Shown here in pieces: positions 20,169-25,796 of a DNA stretch of 25,796 nucleotides. How positions within the stretch are numbered: the first letter of the stretch is position 1; every line of letters begins with the position of its first letter. The notes under the pieces are model-generated. The model worked only from the letters and a program-made list of their open reading frames with translations. It was not told the DNA's origin and made no database searches. The stretch is from NCBI GenBank assembly GCA_043228905.1, contig JBHGNT010000435.1, forward strand, positions 1 through 25,796. The letters run 5' to 3'. A program made the position numbers and the translations under genes. This stretch comes from Azolla caroliniana. Lineage: Eukaryota > Plantae > Polypodiophyta.

Positions 20169-23100
20169 ATGGAGTACTCAGAGCACGAACGCAGACGTAG
20201 CTCCCGCAACAGCAAAAAATCGACATTGCAGATTGAGAGCTACAACACAGAACCCGCTCGATCATCGTCCAGGTATGTTTCAGTTACAGAAACCCCAAAC
20301 ATTTGTTTTTTTTTTTGACTACTGTCTGAACTTTGGTGCCGATTCATATTTCCCCAAAATCGAATAGGGCGAAGTCCTTGGAGTCCCATACAAGGATGTC
20401 TCGCAAATCGGGGAGTAGCAACAGGTGTGTTTATATTACTTTTTTTGTGTTTAATCCTGTCTTTAGTGATTAGGGTTTGTGATTGAAATTTCTGATTAGG
20501 GTTTGTGATTGAAATTTCTGATTAGGGTTTTTGATTATAAATTTCTGATTAAAATTTTTGAATAGGGTTTCTGGTTACAAATTTTGATTACAAATTAGAA
20601 TTTCTGAATAGGGTTTTTGTTTATAAATTTCTGCTTAGGATTTCTGATTAGGGTTTGTGATTGAAATTTTTTATTAGGGTTTCTGATTGAAATTTCTGAT
20701 TAGGGTTTTTGATTATAAATTTCTGATTAGAATTTCTGAATAAGGTTTCTGGTTACAAACTTCTGATTACAGATTTTGATTAGGGTTTCTGATTTCAAAC
20801 TTCTGATTACAGATTTTGATTAGGTTAAGTTAAAGATTTTGCACCATTTTTGTTGTTGTTGATTGGGGTTTTTGATTCTCACATATTCTGATTTTGCACT
20901 ATTTCTGATTTCTGAAATGATATTTCAGATGGCTCGTTCCTCCGTATACGAGAGTGCTAAACTTCGCAAAATTTTGCGAGACAAAGGAGGACTTCCACAA
21001 CACCTATGGTCTGTCACTTGAGGGTGTTGACCCTGCTGTCCTAAGTGATAAATTGATCAGTGATATAGACTGGATGACAGTATATACAGTGCCTAGAGTC
21101 AAAGGCAAGGTCAAGCTGAAGCATGTACGAGCCGACTTGTACGATGACTGCATGAGACTGCACCAGAAAGTTCATCAGGAGATCCCAGTCAACAATGAGT
21201 TGTCAGTTTCATTTGCTAGAGCATTTGCATATGAGTACTGCAAAACAGCGAAGGAATCTAGAGACCCTGAAATGTATAGGGTAGCTTGGGCAGTCTATGG
21301 TGAGGCATCGGTAAAAAGATGCCGAAAGATGGGGACCTTGGCACAAAAAATAGACAGATTTTGGAGCATGGCAGCTGTTGATGCAACTGCCGACTCCCAG
21401 CAAGACCGGGGGCATACACCACACCGACACCCAAGGAAAGCCAATGTCGATGATACAGGTGAGACATTGGTTAGCTATATGCTAAAAAATGTCCATGAAG
21501 CCTGTGAGACATTGGCATTTTTTAAGACTGATTTAGAGAAAGCCACAATGGCTTCTGCAATGGAGAGCAAAGTTACTTCTGCTGTTACAACAATTAGAAA
21601 TAAGATTCAGGTAACTATTGTTTTGCTGGTATGTGATTGTGTTATAAATAACGGGTAAAATGTGCTAATCAAGCATTATCTGGAATAGGTTGCGCAACAG
21701 GAGCTTGAATTAGAGGGGCCACTGGATCCCCAGCGTAAAATAGAACTGCAAATAGAGATCCAGGTTCTTTCAATGAACCTGGACCTTCTAGGTGTAAATA
21801 CTGTTGCAGATTACAATTTGGATAAGCTTCAAGTAAGTTAACGATTCCTGAGCAAAGTTGGTGTATCTTTCAACAACAAGAATAATTAATCGGTAAATTT
21901 CTCTGTTGCGTTGAAGGAACAATACATTCATCAAGAACAGGTAGTTAGCTGCCTTAAGAAGAAGCTACATTTTGTGGAGGGAATGGTAAGGACCAGACAG
22001 GATTTGGACCTGAACATTCTTGCTCCCTTACCAAATGAAGTAGAACCAGAAAATGATTTATTGACAGTTCAAGCACGTTGCATCGCTTGCGGGTTAGGTG
22101 TGGAGGACAAAACTGCGTCTTTGTTGGTTCACCTACAACCATGCAACCACACATACCATCTGCTTTGTTTTCAACATGCCTGTCGAATTGCTGCATTCTG
22201 TTTGGGAGATTGCAGTACAACTCTACCAAATGAGTGGAGAAAACAAACAGGTATACCATACTGTAGCTAATAAGCTTAGTCTTTTCTAATTAGCTATCCT
22301 ACTAGCTAATTAGCTACTGGCAGCTAATGAGCTACTAGCTAATTAGCTATCCTAGTAGCTAATTAGCTATGGTACTAGCTAATTAGCTAGTACCATAGTT
22401 GTGTAAAAAAGCTAAATAGCTATCCTACTAGCTAATTAGCCACTGGCAACTAATTAGCTATCCTAGTAACTAATTAGCTACTGCCATAGTTGTGTAAAGT
22501 AGCTAATAAGCTATCCTAGTAGCTAGTTAGCTATGGTACTAGCTAATTAGCTAGTACCATAGTTGTGTAAAAAAGCTAATTAGCTATCCTACTAGCTAAT
22601 TAGCTACTGGCAACTAATTAGCTATCCTACTAGCTAATTAGCTATCCTACTAGCTAATTAGCTACCATAGTAGCTAATTAGCTACTGACATAGTTGTGTA
22701 AAGTAGCTAATAAGCTATCCTAGTAGCTAGTTAGCTATGGTACTAGCTAATTAGCTAGTACCATAGTTGTGTAAAAAAGCTAATTAGCTATCCTACTAGC
22801 TAATTAGCTACTGGCAACTAATTAGCTATCCTACTAGCTAATTAGCTATCCTACTAGCTAATTAGCTATCATAGTAGCTAATTAGCTACTGACATAGTTG
22901 TGTAAAGTAGCTAATAAGCTATCCTAGTAGCTAGTTAGCTATGGTACTAGCTAATTAGCTAGTACCATAGTTGTGTAAAAAAGCTAATTAGCTATCCTAC
23001 TAGCTAATTAGCTACTGGCAACTAATTAGCTATCCTACTAGCTAATTAGCTATCCTACTAGCTAATTAGCTATCCTACTAGCTAATTAGCTACTGACATA

Positions 23101-24871
23101 GTTGTGTAAAGTAGCTAATAAGCTATCCTAGTAGCTAGTTAGCTATGGTACTAGCTAATTAGCTAGTACCATAGTTGTGTAAAAAAGCTAATTAGCTATC
23201 CTACTAGCTAATTAGCTATTGGCAACTAATTAGCTATCCTACTAGCTAATTAGCTATCCTACTAGCTAATTAGCTATCATAGTAGCTAATTAGCTACTGA
23301 CATAGTTGTGTAAAGTAGCTAATAAGCTATCCTAGTAGCTAGTTAGCTATGGTACTAGCTAATTAGCTAGTACCATAGTTGTGTAAAAAAGCTAATTAGC
23401 TATCCTACTAGCTAATTAGCTACTGGCAACTAATTAGCTATCCTACTAGCTAATTAGCTATCCTACTAGCTAATTAGCTATCATAGTAGCTAATTAGCTA
23501 CTGACATAGTTGTGTAAAGTAGCTAATTAGCTATCCTACTAGCTAATTAGCTACTGGCAACTAATTAGCTATCCTACTAGCTAATTAGCTATCCTACTAG
23601 CTAATTAGCTATCATAGTAGCTAATTAGCTACTGACATAGTTGTGTAAAGTAGCTAATTAGCTATCCTAGTAGCTAATTAGCTACTGGCAGCTAATTAGC
23701 TGTCCTAGTAGCTAATAAGCTATCCTAGCTACTACATAGTTGAGAAAGTAGCTAATAAGCTATCCTAGTAGCTAGTTAGCTATGGTACTAGCTAATTAGC
23801 TAGTACCATAGTTGTGTAAAAAAGCTAATTAGCTATCCTACTAGCTAATTAGCTACTGGCAACTAATTAGCTATCCTACTAGCTAATTAGCTATCCTACT
23901 AGCTAATTAGCTATCATAGTAGCTAATTAGCTACTGCCATAGTTGTGTAAAGTAGCTAATAAGCTATCCTAGTAGCTAATTAGCTACTGGCAGCTAATTA
24001 GCTATCCTAGTAGCTAATTAGCTACTGGCAGCTAATTAGCTATCCTAGTAGCTAATTAGCTACTGGCAGCTAATTAGCTGTCCTAGTAGCTAATAAGCTA
24101 TCCTAACTACTACCATAGTTGAGTAAAGTACCTAATTAGCTATCCTAACTACTACCATAGTTGAGTAAAGTACCTAATTAGCTATCCTAACTACTACCAT
24201 AGTTGAGTAAAGTACCTAATTAGCTATCATACTAGCTAATTAGCTATCGTACTAGCTAATTAGCTATCCTAGCTTCTACCATAGTTTAGTAAAGTAGCTA
24301 ATTAGCTATCCTAAATAACTGTCATGTTATTGTAGAATCTTGTGGATTAAGGACGGCACATGATGTGTCTGGTGCTGATGATGCTGCAACAGATGAGGAT
24401 ACTACTGCCAATGTGGCTGAAAGTAAGAGTCCTGCTATCACATCTCCTTCAGATCAGCTGCACCCTATTCTTTTGGAACAGTGTACTGAATTAGGCAACG
24501 ATGTGAAATGCCATGAAATAGTGGAAACAACATGTAAAACTGAGGTTCACAACAACAGTGTTTATGAACACTTGATGCAACATTTCTTCGAGTCTCAAGA
24601 CCTTGATTCCACCCCACCGAGCCCAACTACTGAAAATGTCCAAACAGATCCCTCTGTACTTGAAAAGCTAGTTCAAGAAACGGCTGATGTGCAATTAGCT
24701 GCTGAGGCGATGGGAAGGTTGTCGGAGGAGGACACACTTGCGCATTGGGTCCTAGAAGCAAGGCTAAATGGGGAACCAACCAGAAAAAGGCTGAAGAAGG
24801 GGCCACGATCGGGAACAAGACCAGTTACTCGGTCAAGGGGCCCAGACGTAGTGGAGCGAAATACTGTTTAG
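20169..24871 (+). CDS. Predicted 6-exon gene, ~618 aa: unknown N-terminal domain, predicted helical region, RING-H2-like finger, acidic tail with basic NLS-like end. Exons 20169-20272, 20368-20424, 20929-21610, 21689-21832, 21917-22250, 24336-24871
   Basis: All five introns are GT-AG with matching phases (2,2,0,0,1) and the spliced frame has no stops. RING C-x2-C-x17-C-x-H-x2-H-x2-C-x10-C-x3-C at 22079-22213. RKRLKK near the C-terminus. Confidence 0.75.
20468..20830 (+). repeat. Degenerate ~26-bp minisatellite in intron 2, rich in TAGGGTTT (telo-box)
   Basis: Unit tgattagggttt(g/c/t)tgattgaaatttc; about 9 copies of tagggttt. Confidence 0.85.
22264..24313. repeat. Palindromic satellite with TAGCTAATTAGCTA core and 204-bp higher-order repeat, inside predicted intron 5
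   Basis: gttgtgtaaagtagc recurs at 22489, 22693, 22897, 23101, 23305 and 23509; dozens of 14-bp palindromes. Confidence 0.97.
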
Positions 24872-25120
24872 TTGGATATGATTGTTAGCTTAGGGATTTT
24901 GCTAGGGTTTTATGAAGTTTTACTATCCTGTTGGACAAGTAAAACCTCAGATTGGTTGTTGCTTGATCCACATTATGTAATGGAACTCTATGATGTTTTT
25001 CCAAGATAATTTGAAGAGTGTTGTTCTATGACTGAAACTCTTTGATGTTCAGGATATTGTTTTGTGAGACTAGTAGTTACTTTGTGAGTGTGAATATGTT
25101 GGTGTTTTCTGATGTTGCAG

Positions 25121-25796
25121 AGTCTAAAGGGTTTGATTCTATTGCTCGTAAGGCCAATGGCAGTGTGGATACTGTTGATGTTGCGGCATGTTTAAAGGGC
25201 CCCATCTTGAAAGTAGATGTAGCAACTGACACAAGTGATCTGGTCACACAAGTTGATCAAGCATGTAGCACGGATGACTTGGTGTTGCAGGTAGATGCAG
25301 CATGTAGCACGGATGACTTGGTGTTGCAGGTAGATGCAGCATGTAGCACAGATGACTTGGTGTTGCAGGTAGATGCAGCATGTGATACCAGTGGATTGAT
25401 ATCGAGCAGAACAGTAGCTACATGCACTGAGGTAATCCAAGGATTGATAACTAAGTCGACAAAACAAGAGCACCAGAATGTGAAGCTAGGCCCAACACAG
25501 TCGACTAGGGGTTTAAAGAGGAAAAGGACACCAGTTGTGTCAGCCGAACCTGAGCTGATTGAGATTGATCGTATCCTACCAGAAAATGGTGTAACAGCGG
25601 CTCAGTTTCAGGAATGGAAACCTAAACCACTAGAAGTCGAGCGAAGAGCCTTGATCTTGGAGCTGGATAAAGTCTTGATGAGTGTGAGATATATGCAGCC
25701 AAGGAGGGACGCAAATCAGTTTCTAGAGTGGGCTGCGGAGTACTTCGATTTGTTTATTTGGAGTGAGAAACCAAAATCAGATGTGTGGAAGTGTTT
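25121..25796 (+). CDS. Partial exon: 13-aa repeats, KRKR motif, then N-terminal part of an FCP1/NIF (HAD) phosphatase-like domain; runs off the window
   Basis: Stop-free frame from 25036 to the end; acceptor gttgcag| at 25120; RALILELDKVLMS…PRRDANQFLEWAAEYFDLFIWS resembles the NIF pattern LVLDLDETL…RPG..EFL…FE..IWT. Confidence 0.62.
25261..25383 (+). repeat. 39-bp coding tandem repeat x3 (ACSTDDLVLQVDA), with two degenerate units upstream from 25186
   Basis: gcatgtagcacggatgacttggtgttgcaggtagatgca at 25261, 25300 and 25339. Confidence 0.93.

Larger units (their letters stand above)
19918..25796. mobile_element. Candidate left arm of a large cargo-carrying DNA transposon (MULE-like terminus)
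   Basis: Integrase homology stops abruptly at …aatataaaa|GGGTAAAAGCATG; subterminal palindromes recur internally; no transposase, second TIR or TSD in the window. Confidence 0.4.

Noticed and set aside
20468-20830. Interstitial telomere
   Set aside because: TAGGGTTT motifs are not contiguous (TTTAGGG)n; they sit in a 26-bp unit inside a GT-AG intron.
21911-22270. Stand-alone 119-aa RING ORF ending at 22270
   Set aside because: It starts at TTG beside a splice acceptor and has an in-phase donor at 22250, so it fits better as an internal exon. An intron-retained short form cannot be excluded.
22264-24313. CRISPR array
   Set aside because: The spacers between palindromes are themselves repeated and only a few bp long, there are no cas genes, and the context is eukaryotic.

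Overview
This is eukaryotic DNA, most likely from a non-seed land plant (inferred from the retroelement types and GT-AG introns). Positions 1-19917 are a nest of decayed LTR retrotransposons. An old minus-strand Ty1/copia copy (Copia-1) is split into four pieces by three insertions: a full-length sibling (Copia-2, 2371-8047), a pol-less tRNA-Trp-primed Gypsy-type element (A, 8365-13076) and a solo LTR (13267-13723). Copia-1 is then fused to a chromodomain-bearing Gypsy pol (element C, minus strand), which is interrupted by an LTR-like fragment and by a second tRNA-Trp-primed element (B, 16395-19651). Both A and B are flanked by the same 4-bp ACGT target duplication. A carries a single ~1275-codon gag-fused frame and shares only short cis signals with B. 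From a sharp junction at 19918 the sequence changes to an apparently intact 6-exon RING-H2 gene whose last intron holds a 2-kb palindromic satellite (TAGCTAATTAGCTA core, 204-bp higher-order repeat). The same motif also occurs just inside the junction. A further exon with an FCP1/NIF-like domain runs off the window end. This right-hand block may be the left arm of a cargo-carrying DNA transposon (MULE-like), which cannot be confirmed from this window. All alignments and counts were made by eye.
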